Assembly: GCA_028710895.1 (NCBI GenBank)
Contig: JAQTTH010000002.1
Location: 299,605-323,604 of the forward strand
Direction: 5' to 3'
DNA length: 24,000 bases
Source: Paludibacter sp.
GTDB lineage: Bacteria; Bacteroidota; Bacteroidia; Bacteroidales; Paludibacteraceae
Below, piece after piece: positions 7,964-16,086 of the stretch. The notes below the pieces were generated by a model. The model did not search any database and was not told the DNA's origin. It was given only the letters and a program-made list of their open reading frames with translations. A program made the translations under genes and the position numbers. Position 1 is the stretch's first letter, and each line of letters begins with the position of its first letter.

Positions 7964-8596
7964 TTACTTATATTCCTGAATTAATTTCACTAACTGCGTG
8001 TACTTCATTACATCTTCAACTTTATCCACATCATTCAGCGGAATTAAAGTGTTGTAGGTTAGTTTTTCATTTTCCAACACTGCTATCGTCTGTTTTAGTG
8101 TTTTGTCGGTACTCCATTCAATGTCTTCAAAAAGTGCCGAATGATTTCTCGTCATTCCCAATAAATAGTATCCTCCATCGTTAGCAGGACCAATCACACA
8201 ATCGGTTGATTTTAATTTTTCAAAAGCATCGGCAATTATTTCTGACGTTATTTCATAATTATCGCTGCCAATAATCACTACTCTCGAAAATCCAGCATCA
8301 AAAGCTGCATCAAACGCTCCTTTCATCCGAGTGCCTAAATCAGCTCCATGTTGCTCATGAACCTGAATATTACCCTTTATTTCTAATGAAAACTCTGAAG
8401 CTTCAGCCACAAAAACCAACTTTTCGACATCCAATTGCTCAACTACCTGAATGGTATAATTAAGCAATTCGGTATAAATCAAAAGTGCTTTCAGATTGCC
8501 AATCTCATTTCCAATTCGGGTCTTAACCTTACCTAATTCCGGGTTTCGGACAAACACGATTAAAGCATCGGTTTTATTCATACACTTTATCGCCAT
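7964..8596 (-). CDS. DUF2064 / CofC-like nucleotidyltransferase-fold protein (TIGR04282-type 'arsenosugar biosynthesis glycosyltransferase' family)
   Basis: 210 aa. The N-terminus ALIVFVRNPELGKVKTRIG and the later VIIGSDNYE and GPANDGGYYLLG motifs match my recollection of DUF2064. An alternative ATG at 8581 would shorten the overlap with the rhodanese gene from 23 nt to 8 nt. Confidence 0.65.
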   Translation of the reverse strand: MAIKCMNKTDALIVFVRNPELGKVKTRIGNEIGNLKALLIYTELLNYTIQVVEQLDVEKLVFVAEASEFSLEIKGNIQVHEQHGADLGTRMKGAFDAAFDAGFSRVVIIGSDNYEITSEIIADAFEKLKSTDCVIGPANDGGYYLLGMTRNHSALFEDIEWSTDKTLKQTIAVLENEKLTYNTLIPLNDVDKVEDVMKYTQLVKLIQEYK

Positions 8597-9083
8597 TAGT
8601 CAGCCACTTGCCCCAATCCTTATTATAGGCATGTATTTTATCTGTTTTTTGTTCGGTATTATCAACTACATCAAAGCCCAGGTTTACCCACTCAAAAAGT
8701 CCACCATAAAGATTAAAGACATTTTTATAACCCGCTTTTCGAAGTTTTTCACCTACTCGCTCGCTGCGGTATCCTACTGAGCAATAGACTACTATAGTAT
8801 CCGATTTGGCAATGTCTTTTACTTTTTCGAGTGTAAACGTGTCATAATCAACGAATTTTGCTCCATCAATATGGCTGGCATCGTATTCACTTTGTTTGCG
8901 TGTATCGAGTATTACGATAGCGTTTGGCTCTGATAGCTTTAGTTTTAATTCGGCTGCATTTATAAACGCAACGGTGTTTTTATACATTCCTTTTAGCATG
9001 GCATGATATTGAGTTGTTGATTGAGAAAATGTGCTACCAACAATTGTAAATAATGCGATAAATAATATTACATTTTTTTTCAT
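8574..9083 (-). CDS. Secreted single-domain rhodanese-like sulfurtransferase
   Basis: 169 aa with signal peptide MKKNVILFIALFTIVGSTFSQ. The rhodanese active-site loop is VVYCSVGYRSE, followed by the GGLFEW motif. Its ATG overlaps the arsS TGA (ATGA at 9080-9083). Confidence 0.8.
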   Translation of the reverse strand: MKKNVILFIALFTIVGSTFSQSTTQYHAMLKGMYKNTVAFINAAELKLKLSEPNAIVILDTRKQSEYDASHIDGAKFVDYDTFTLEKVKDIAKSDTIVVYCSVGYRSERVGEKLRKAGYKNVFNLYGGLFEWVNLGFDVVDNTEQKTDKIHAYNKDWGKWLTNGDKVYE

Positions 9084-10132
9084 AACAAAACTATTTCACC
9101 GCCACAACTTGACCCCGCACCAGCAGTGCAGCCATAGCAGTGTTGCGATACTTTTACTTCGCGTTTCAATAAATAATCCAAATCGAAATTCGCCACGTGA
9201 TTTCGTTCATCAGCAGCCACTTTCATGTTCAGCATCTGATTAAAATCACAATCGAATAAATAACCATCCCAACTTACCGAAATCATATTCCGACACATCA
9301 CATTTTCGGCAGCCAATGGATTAAAAGCATTAACAAGCTCTTCCATGTACGAAACGTAATTATCTGTATTTACCAAGTAGTTAAGAAAACGGCTAACAGG
9401 CAAGTTTGTAAGCGCAAATAGTTTATTGAAAACAATGCCGTGTTCGCTCCACAAATGCTCTTTAAACTCGGTTTCGAGCATTGTTTGCGAAGCTGGCAAA
9501 AATGCTCCGGCCGGATTGTAAACCAAATCCAGCAACAAACCACTATCAGGTTTGCCGTAACCTCTGGCATTCAACATCTTCAATGCTTTTATTGAGGTTT
9601 CAAAAACACCTTTTCCACGTACTTTATCGGTGCGGGTGGCATCATAAAACGGCAAAGAACTCACTACTTCCACGCCGTTTTCGGCAAAGAAATCAGGTAA
9701 GTCATTGTGCTCATCAGCTTCCAAAAGTATAGTCAGATTGCAGCGTACAATAATCCGTTTGCCCAAAGCGTGGCAAGCCTTTACAAACCAACGGAAATGT
9801 GGGTTCAATTCCGGTGCTCCACCTGTGAGATCAACAATTGGTATATTAAATTTCTGAATGGCATTTAAGCATAACTGCATGGTTTCTTTGGTCATAATTT
9901 CCTGGCGGTCAGGACCAGCATTTACATGGCAGTGACGGCAAGTCTGGTTACACATTTTACCTACATTTACCTGAAATACATCCAAACCAACAGGTTTTAA
10001 TGAGCTGATATTGTGTTCTTTCAACTTGTCTTTGAAATATGGAACATTAGTCGACTTTGTGGTTACAAGTTCCAATACCTGAAGTTGCCGTAAGGCTTCC
10101 GCTTCTTCTTTCGCTTTATTATATGCTATCAT
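9080..10132 (-). CDS. arsS: ArsS-type radical SAM / Cys-rich domain protein (arsenosugar biosynthesis radical SAM enzyme)
   Basis: 350 aa. The CX3CX2C radical-SAM motif is CNQTCRHCHVNAGPDR. The characteristic C-terminal Cys-rich end is HCYGCTAGAGSSCGGEIVLL. The ORF is uninterrupted, so this is the Cys form rather than the selenocysteine form. Confidence 0.85.
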   Translation of the reverse strand: MIAYNKAKEEAEALRQLQVLELVTTKSTNVPYFKDKLKEHNISSLKPVGLDVFQVNVGKMCNQTCRHCHVNAGPDRQEIMTKETMQLCLNAIQKFNIPIVDLTGGAPELNPHFRWFVKACHALGKRIIVRCNLTILLEADEHNDLPDFFAENGVEVVSSLPFYDATRTDKVRGKGVFETSIKALKMLNARGYGKPDSGLLLDLVYNPAGAFLPASQTMLETEFKEHLWSEHGIVFNKLFALTNLPVSRFLNYLVNTDNYVSYMEELVNAFNPLAAENVMCRNMISVSWDGYLFDCDFNQMLNMKVAADERNHVANFDLDYLLKREVKVSQHCYGCTAGAGSSCGGEIVLL

Positions 10133-10143
10133 TACATTTGTAT

Positions 10144-10479
10144 TTAGAAACTTATTTCTTCGTTTTTATTCATCATTTGCACACTATGAGCCAATACAGC
10201 TCCACCTTTTATGGCAGCTCCCACATGAACTGCTTCCATCATTTGAGCTTCCGAATATCCATTTTTCACACAATTCGTAGTATATGCATCAATGCAATAA
10301 GGACATTGAACTACATGCGCAACCGCTAATGCAATTAAATCTTTTTCTTTTTCCGTTAATGCTCCCTCTTTGAATACTTCGCCATACCAGGCGAAAAACT
10401 TGTCGGCTAAGGGTTTCTGATAATTTCCAATGGTACCAAACTTTTTTAAGTCTTCCGGTTTATAATAATCTTTTGCCAT
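10144..10479 (-). CDS. AhpD-like / carboxymuconolactone-decarboxylase-fold CxxC protein ('arsenosugar biosynthesis-associated peroxidase-like protein' family)
   Basis: 111 aa with a CPYCIDAYT redox motif. Its size and its position 11 nt upstream of arsS match that family's known context. Confidence 0.75.
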   Translation of the reverse strand: MAKDYYKPEDLKKFGTIGNYQKPLADKFFAWYGEVFKEGALTEKEKDLIALAVAHVVQCPYCIDAYTTNCVKNGYSEAQMMEAVHVGAAIKGGAVLAHSVQMMNKNEEISF

Positions 10480-10484
10480 ACTGT

Positions 10485-11195
10485 TTATTCGTTTAAATTC
10501 CAGTTATATGTTAAGTAACTAATTTTTGCGTTTTTGTCAATTTTTACTTTTGAGTATTGATTCAAAAAATCAATCAGTTTTGATTTTTGTGTAAAATCGG
10601 CTGTAAACCAACTGAATATTTCTGAAATTTCAATGTTTTGATTGGTAATTTTATTTCTTCCAGTATCATTCAGAAAACGTTTCGCACTTTCATCAAGCTG
10701 AACATCCAACGTTTCCGGCAAATAAGCTTTGTTGCTCAATATCGGACATGATTTAGCTGCACAAACAATGGCAAAATGTATGCGTGCGTCTTTATAAGTA
10801 GGACGTAAAATCTTGTTCTCTATGTCGTTGAGCGTATAGGTCTTATTCTCTATTGTTATGAATTTTTTATCCCAAGGTGCACCAATATCCTTAATGCTTT
10901 TGAGTGGATAATTATCCACTATCAATTTTACTGTAAAAGCATTGTAGGCATTTATCCAATATGCTTTCGCTTCGTTGACAGTCCATTTTGCTTTGGGACT
11001 CGTGGTTTTGAGTAGTTGCAAATAGTTATCCAATTCCGCTGCATTGCTTTTAATAGCTTTGTAGTTTACATTGCCCGTAGCCGATACGTATTTATTTAAA
11101 AATCCGTTCCATTTTTCGTGAGAAAAATTACTAATTTGCGCTGAAATTAAGTGAGAACTAATGACTAAACTTAGTGTCAATATTATTGTTTTCAT
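10485..11195 (-). CDS. Secreted DUF547 domain protein
   Basis: 236 aa with signal peptide MKTIILTLSLVISSHLISAQ. The motifs WINAYNAFTV and HFAIVCAAKSCPIL match the DUF547 core. Confidence 0.65.
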   Translation of the reverse strand: MKTIILTLSLVISSHLISAQISNFSHEKWNGFLNKYVSATGNVNYKAIKSNAAELDNYLQLLKTTSPKAKWTVNEAKAYWINAYNAFTVKLIVDNYPLKSIKDIGAPWDKKFITIENKTYTLNDIENKILRPTYKDARIHFAIVCAAKSCPILSNKAYLPETLDVQLDESAKRFLNDTGRNKITNQNIEISEIFSWFTADFTQKSKLIDFLNQYSKVKIDKNAKISYLTYNWNLNE

Positions 11196-11216
11196 ATTTA
11201 TATTTTTAATTGTAGT

Positions 11217-12248
11217 TTAGCAACCGCAGTTTGCTGGCGAGGAAACGTTTGAGCTTGAGGGCGAACAATCAAAAGCCCCAAAATGGGTTGACTTATCGCC
11301 AGTAATACGGAAATGCTCCGAGAAACGGGTTTCCTGCACCATGGCTGTCGTGTTACCACAAACCAACATGGGTTTACCTGTAATAAACTTGTGATGATCG
11401 TCTAATTCAAAAAAGTGAGAGTGATTCGGAATTGTCCCCAAATAAATGGCTACCTGACCGTAATCTTCGCAAATATCTTCTAACTCCAACTTAAATGCTC
11501 TAATGGTCAACGAAGTAAATTCAATCAATCCAACTTTCTCTTCAATTTCGGTATTGTTAACCGTAATGGGCGAAGAATTAGTAACACGAAAGTCATTACA
11601 TCCAATCTTTAACATCAATCGTCTAAAATCTTCAACGTACATAGCTCCACCCAAACATTCACCATGCAATACTTTGTCATTTGCCAAATGCGTTGGAATT
11701 CGTTGGTTAGCAAAAACATCCGAAAAATAAAGTTCCCCGCCCGGTTTCAACACCCTGAAAATTTCTTTGAAAACTGACTCCTTATCGGGCGATAAATTGA
11801 TAACGCAATTAGAAATAACCACATCTATAGAATTATCTTCTATGCCAATTTCTTTCAGATCCTCAATATAGCCTTGTTTGAAAACCACATTGGGTTTTTC
11901 AAAACCAAACTTGCTCGTTTGCGTATCAACATGTCTCTCGGCCACTGCCAGTTGCTCTGCTGTCATATCAACTCCAATGGACAATCCATTGCTGCCAACT
12001 AATTTAGATACAATATACACATCGCGACCTGAACCACAGCCTAAATCAAGTACGGTTTTTCCTTCGAGCAAAGCCGGAATTGGCGAACCGCAACCATAAA
12101 AGCGGTCTTTTATTTCGTTGTCAATCTGGCTTAAAGCCAACTTTACATCCGGCGAAAGTTTTTCGGTGCTGCAACAACAAGCATTGGTTTGTAAATCGCT
12201 GCTGCTTTGAAGTATTTCGCCATAATATTTTTTTACATCTTCTTTCAT
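11217..12248 (-). CDS. arsM: Arsenite S-adenosylmethionine methyltransferase (ArsM / AS3MT family)
   Basis: The SAM motif is VLDLGCGSGRD. All four As(III)-binding Cys positions of ArsM are present: NACCCS, FYGCGSP, SNCVINLSPDK and HGECLGGA. An extra C-terminal NCGC is present. The track start at 12311 is a TTG; I prefer the ATG at 12248-12246 (MKEDVKKYYGEIL...), which matches the usual ArsM N-terminus. Confidence 0.9.
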   Translation of the reverse strand: MKEDVKKYYGEILQSSSDLQTNACCCSTEKLSPDVKLALSQIDNEIKDRFYGCGSPIPALLEGKTVLDLGCGSGRDVYIVSKLVGSNGLSIGVDMTAEQLAVAERHVDTQTSKFGFEKPNVVFKQGYIEDLKEIGIEDNSIDVVISNCVINLSPDKESVFKEIFRVLKPGGELYFSDVFANQRIPTHLANDKVLHGECLGGAMYVEDFRRLMLKIGCNDFRVTNSSPITVNNTEIEEKVGLIEFTSLTIRAFKLELEDICEDYGQVAIYLGTIPNHSHFFELDDHHKFITGKPMLVCGNTTAMVQETRFSEHFRITGDKSTHFGAFDCSPSSSNVSSPANCGC

Positions 12249-12291
12249 AGATTTATATTTTGATTCTTGTATATAGCTATTTTTATCATTA

Positions 12292-13338
12292 TCATTTGGT
12301 TTTAAATGCAATCTTTATAATTTCTTGTGCCGACTTATTCTGAGGGGTGTAATCAGTATTGTTTATACCACCTGCATTAGTATGTTGCGGATACCATTTC
12401 CACAAAAAAGCACCTTTGAACCATGGTTTATCAGCAAAAGTTTGAAAAAATGCCTGCAATGCATTGCTTTGCGATTGCTGGTTTACGATTGTCGAAATAG
12501 GATTCCAGGGTTCTTTAGCACATTGGTCAACACTTTTGTAACCAATCTCCGTAAAAATGACCGATTTGTTTTTTGATAATCGGTATTGATCAATTTCATT
12601 CATTTCCTTTTGCCAACTGCTTACAAGACTTGCCACAGTTGGCGTGTTTTCATTCGACAAGGGAAAATAGGCATCAATCCCTATATAATCCAACTTATTC
12701 CAAAAAGGCACTTGTTGGTAATCATCCCAATTGGCGGCATAAATCAATTTACCACCGTAAAAAGTTCGGATTGTATCTATTAAATTTGACCAATACTGTG
12801 GACGCTTTTCCACCACCATTTTCAATTCAGTGCCAATGCAAAACATTTCAATATCGAGTGAATCGGCTAAATGAGCAAAATGCAAAATATAAGTTGAATA
12901 ATTTTTCTCCCATGCAGTCCATTCAACTTCAGTAGTAAGATTGAATGCAGCTGGATAAGAATTTCTAACCCAAATTTGGGGTTTCAACATCGTTTTAATT
13001 TCTTTTTCTCTTGCTAATTTTGTGGTTACAATCACTCCCAAATCCGTTTCGCCCCACCATTGATGATTTGGATCGAAAGTAACTTGGGTAGAATTCAATT
13101 GACCAAAAGCAAATGGCATTTGAGTAATATAATTGCAATTTACATCAACTATCGGTGTTATGGCTGTACTATCAAGTGTTTTTCCTCCTGCCACAAAACT
13201 CAAACCATTGAATTCGAAGTGGGCTGAAGCAATGGGCTTTTCATTTACTATTGGTTCTTTTTGACAAGCAAAAAAAGTAATTATTGCGCACATTATCAAC
13301 ACGAGCAATTGATGTTTTTTTAATTTCCTGAATACCAT
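12292..13338 (-). CDS. Clan GH-A-like (beta/alpha)8 glycoside hydrolase, lipoprotein (GH113/GH5-like; family unverified)
   Basis: 348 aa with a lipoprotein signal ITFFAC|QKE. Candidate catalytic glutamates sit in CIGTELK and VIFTEIGYKS, spaced as in 4/7-superfamily hydrolases. It is a paralog of the next ORF and shares the block FWNKLDYIGIDAYFPLS. Confidence 0.55.
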   Translation of the reverse strand: MVFRKLKKHQLLVLIMCAIITFFACQKEPIVNEKPIASAHFEFNGLSFVAGGKTLDSTAITPIVDVNCNYITQMPFAFGQLNSTQVTFDPNHQWWGETDLGVIVTTKLAREKEIKTMLKPQIWVRNSYPAAFNLTTEVEWTAWEKNYSTYILHFAHLADSLDIEMFCIGTELKMVVEKRPQYWSNLIDTIRTFYGGKLIYAANWDDYQQVPFWNKLDYIGIDAYFPLSNENTPTVASLVSSWQKEMNEIDQYRLSKNKSVIFTEIGYKSVDQCAKEPWNPISTIVNQQSQSNALQAFFQTFADKPWFKGAFLWKWYPQHTNAGGINNTDYTPQNKSAQEIIKIAFKTK

Positions 13339-14324
13339 CTCTTAATAATTTTCTCAACTGGTTTATGCTGCGGTGTATAATCCGAATTTGGTTTGTCTAT
13401 GTAAGTGGCATCGTTATTGTACCATTTCCAAACAAAACCTCCAGCTACAAAATCTGTATTCCATACCGCATCATAAAATGCAGTGTAGGCATTTATTTGT
13501 GCAGCCATATTTATTTTCTCGGTTTTGGGCGTTTGTTCAAACTCCCATTGTTTGAATGCTGCATAATCTATGCTTCTGTATCCATATTCGGTAAACAAAA
13601 TCTTTCTACCGTACTTTAAACTCAATTGCTTCATTTTCAATAAAGGTAATTTCCATGCTTTTTGTAACTCTTCCACCGAAGGTGTTTTCTTAGCCGAAAG
13701 TGGGAAATAAGCATCTATCCCGATATAATCTAATTTGTTCCAAAAACTAATGTGATTAAATTCTTCAAAATTAGCCGAATAGGTTAATTTTCCTTTATAC
13801 ACATTTCTGATTTTTGAAATAAGCTCTTCAAAAAAACGACCGTGCAATTGTGTATACACTTGTAATTCAGTGCCTATTCCAAGTAGCTCCACATGCTCCG
13901 ATTGAGCAATTTGTGCTAAAAAAAGCAGATAATTACAATAATTTTGTTCCCATTCAATTCTTGTATTACCCGATAAATTAAAACTTCCAGCCCAAACATC
14001 ATTCATCAACCAACAATGTGGTTTTAAGAACACATGTAAACCTTGCTTTTTGCTACGATTAATTAGCATTCTTAATCCAATTTCGGTATCCCCCCACCAA
14101 TTTTTTGAGCTGTTATACTCCACAATACTACTATTTTTATAAATGAATGCAAAAGGACATATTGCCACCCAATTAGCATTTACTCTGTAAATTGAATCAA
14201 TACCAGTAATTTCAGTTTTATATTTTGGCGAAACAAAAGATACACCATTTATTTTTCTAAAACTCTCACCATGAATCAACTGTGCATACCCTATAATACA
14301 AAAAACAAATACAAGAATTCTCAT
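13320..14324 (-). CDS. Clan GH-A-like (beta/alpha)8 glycoside hydrolase, secreted; tandem paralog
   Basis: 334 aa with signal peptide MRILVFVFCIIGYAQLIHG. It has GIGTELQ and ILFTEYGYRS motifs. It overlaps the downstream paralog by 19 nt. It is the first gene of the 16-gene array. Confidence 0.55.
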   Translation of the reverse strand: MRILVFVFCIIGYAQLIHGESFRKINGVSFVSPKYKTEITGIDSIYRVNANWVAICPFAFIYKNSSIVEYNSSKNWWGDTEIGLRMLINRSKKQGLHVFLKPHCWLMNDVWAGSFNLSGNTRIEWEQNYCNYLLFLAQIAQSEHVELLGIGTELQVYTQLHGRFFEELISKIRNVYKGKLTYSANFEEFNHISFWNKLDYIGIDAYFPLSAKKTPSVEELQKAWKLPLLKMKQLSLKYGRKILFTEYGYRSIDYAAFKQWEFEQTPKTEKINMAAQINAYTAFYDAVWNTDFVAGGFVWKWYNNDATYIDKPNSDYTPQHKPVEKIIKRWYSGN

Positions 14325-14344
14325 AAACGACTTATTTGAATATA

Positions 14345-14375
14345 TAGTCGAGAAGATCTACTATTCCTGACAAAT
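14345..14375 (-). promoter_or_regulatory. Copy A of the ATTTGTCAGGAAT-N12-CGACTA motif; putative ECF-type promoter of the 16-gene array
   Basis: The plus strand reads TAGTCG-agaagatctact-ATTCCTGACAAAT. It ends 21 nt upstream of the ATG at 14324. It is identical at 19 fixed positions to the copies at 16087-16117 and 16994-17024. Confidence 0.6.
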
Positions 14376-14381
14376 AAATAA

Positions 14382-15212
14382 TTATTTTATTTGAAGTGGA
14401 TAAATAAACTGTCCCCAAAACATCTTGGGAAAAATCTTTTCATCGCCAAAACCTAATTCAATATCTCTCCCTGAGCCCGGTATGTAGTTGGTTTTAAACA
14501 AATAATCCCAAACGCTCAACGACAATCCAAAATTTACACCGTAACGCCGGCTTTCAGGAAGTTTCTTGGCATGATGCCAAATATGCATTTGTGGATTATT
14601 TACGATATATTTAAACCATCCCAACTGAATAGAAAAATTAGAATGATTGAAATGCCCGATGGCAATAGTAATGATATACATGATGGTAAAATCCTGTGCA
14701 CTCATACCAAGCAATGCCAACGGAACATATTGCAAAACGCTATAAACCAGTCCTTCCACCCAATGGTAGCGTAGATGTGCGGCAAATCCCATTTCTTTGA
14801 CAGAATGATGCACTTTGTGGAATTGCCACAACCAATCGACCCGATGCAGCAAGCGGTGAATATTAAATTGTACAAAATCGCGCAACAGAAAAAATACAAG
14901 TATTTGAACCCACGAAGGCAATGAACTGATATTTAATAGATTCAATTGTTGTATACCCATCGTATTTAACCCGACCCAAAGATATTGATGTGTCAGGCTT
15001 GCTAAAAAATTAAGCAATAACACCGGGAAAATGAACAGGTTAAAAAACATATAAAAGCCATCGAGCCAAAAATCTTTCCGAAATATAGATTGATTTTTCC
15101 GCCACGGAAAGAATATTTCTAATCCCCAAAAGAAAATGGAAAGCCCTACAAACCAATGGAAAAATGGATTTAAAACTGTTTCCGTTATATTATTTTCCAA
15201 TGTTTCTAACAT
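14382..15212 (-). CDS. Fatty acid hydroxylase / sterol desaturase superfamily membrane protein
   Basis: 276 aa with several TM helices. The di-iron histidine boxes are HRLLHR, HKVHH and HIWHH. Confidence 0.8.
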   Translation of the reverse strand: MLETLENNITETVLNPFFHWFVGLSIFFWGLEIFFPWRKNQSIFRKDFWLDGFYMFFNLFIFPVLLLNFLASLTHQYLWVGLNTMGIQQLNLLNISSLPSWVQILVFFLLRDFVQFNIHRLLHRVDWLWQFHKVHHSVKEMGFAAHLRYHWVEGLVYSVLQYVPLALLGMSAQDFTIMYIITIAIGHFNHSNFSIQLGWFKYIVNNPQMHIWHHAKKLPESRRYGVNFGLSLSVWDYLFKTNYIPGSGRDIELGFGDEKIFPKMFWGQFIYPLQIK

Positions 15213-15234
15213 ATAAGTTTTCTATTGATAATTT

Positions 15235-15795
15235 TCAATAATTATATCCAATACCCTTGTCGTCTTCTAATTGCACACCCAACGACAAAACAATGCGATT
15301 GACAAAATTGAAATACGCAACAACCAAAACTGCATCCAATACTCCCTCATCTGAAATTCCTACAGTTTTAAGTTCTTTTGTATAATCCGCTTTTTCGTGC
15401 AAATGCGGAAACAATGTTAGTTCCTTAGCAAATTTACATAAGGCATTTTCTTTGACAGAAAGCTCTTTTACTTCCATATTTGAAAATAACAATTGTATCT
15501 TCGATTCATTTTTCCAATATTTATTCAACGCTTCCGAATGATGTGTTTTGCAATAATTACAACCATTATTTACTGATACAACCACGGCCATCATTTCGCG
15601 TTCGGCTCGTGATAAAGCCGAATGGTTAAACATAATTTCCATGTACAAATTCATGTGAGCCACTATACTTTCGGGATGTAAACTCTGAATTGTGTGCACT
15701 GCGGCAAGTTTAGCACGACTTTTTACAAGGTCATCGTAAATCTCTTTCAATCTGCCGGTTGATTCTTCGTGTTGTATTACTTTTATTCGGGACAT
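15235..15795 (-). CDS. Carboxymuconolactone decarboxylase / AhpD-fold 'peroxidase-related enzyme'
   Basis: About 186 aa with a CNYCKTHH CxxC motif in an all-helical context. The track start is a TTG at 15798; an ATG lies at 15795. Confidence 0.7.
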   Translation of the reverse strand: MSRIKVIQHEESTGRLKEIYDDLVKSRAKLAAVHTIQSLHPESIVAHMNLYMEIMFNHSALSRAEREMMAVVVSVNNGCNYCKTHHSEALNKYWKNESKIQLLFSNMEVKELSVKENALCKFAKELTLFPHLHEKADYTKELKTVGISDEGVLDAVLVVAYFNFVNRIVLSLGVQLEDDKGIGYNY

Positions 15796-15840
15796 CAATT
15801 AATATTATTGTTAATTTTATCATATGCTTATTTATTGCTA

Positions 15841-16050
15841 CTACATTGCTTTTACAGCAGAATAAGTTGACACTAAATAGGGCACACAATACGTTAGAAG
15901 CATTTTAAATATAGAAATTCGTTCAAAATCCAACCCAATTATGGAATTCCACTGATTGATGAGATTCAGAATTGTACCTACCACAATGGCTACTTTTAAA
16001 GCTGTAAGTACTATTTGCTTTTCAAAAGCTTGTTGGGAAAAGATATTCAT
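15841..16050 (-). CDS. Small two-TM membrane protein resembling NrtS-type nitrate/nitrite transporter family
   Basis: The segments ALKVAIVVGTILNLINQ and LLTYCVPYLVSTYSAVKA match my recollection of the NrtS family. The track start at 16086 is a TTG that abuts the promoter-like motif, so I prefer the ATG at 16050. Confidence 0.5.
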   Translation of the reverse strand: MNIFSQQAFEKQIVLTALKVAIVVGTILNLINQWNSIIGLDFERISIFKMLLTYCVPYLVSTYSAVKAM

Positions 16051-16086
16051 AGAGTTAATTTGTTGAGTTACATTGCTACACACCAA

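Noticed and set aside
8574-9083. The rhodanese-fold protein acting as an Acr2/Cdc25-type arsenate reductase
   Set aside because: The active-site loop is the six-residue CX4R sulfurtransferase type, not the CX5R phosphatase/arsenate-reductase type. The protein also carries a signal peptide.
9080-10132. A possible selenocysteine (in-frame TGA) version of ArsS, as known for part of this family
   Set aside because: The ORF is uninterrupted and the C-terminal motif carries Cys (SSCGG). There is no in-frame TGA and no need to invoke a SECIS element.
12249-12311. N-terminal extensions in the ORF track that begin at TTG codons (arsM to 12311, primase-like to 20027, Xis-like to 22235, NrtS-like to 16086, marR from 16202, anti-sigma to 16930, MORN to 2610, CMD to 15798, integrase 'start' at 23923)
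   Set aside because: In each case an in-frame ATG lies further in and gives the N-terminus expected for the family. In several cases the extension would run through repeat or promoter-like sequence. For the integrase the frame is simply open to the window edge.
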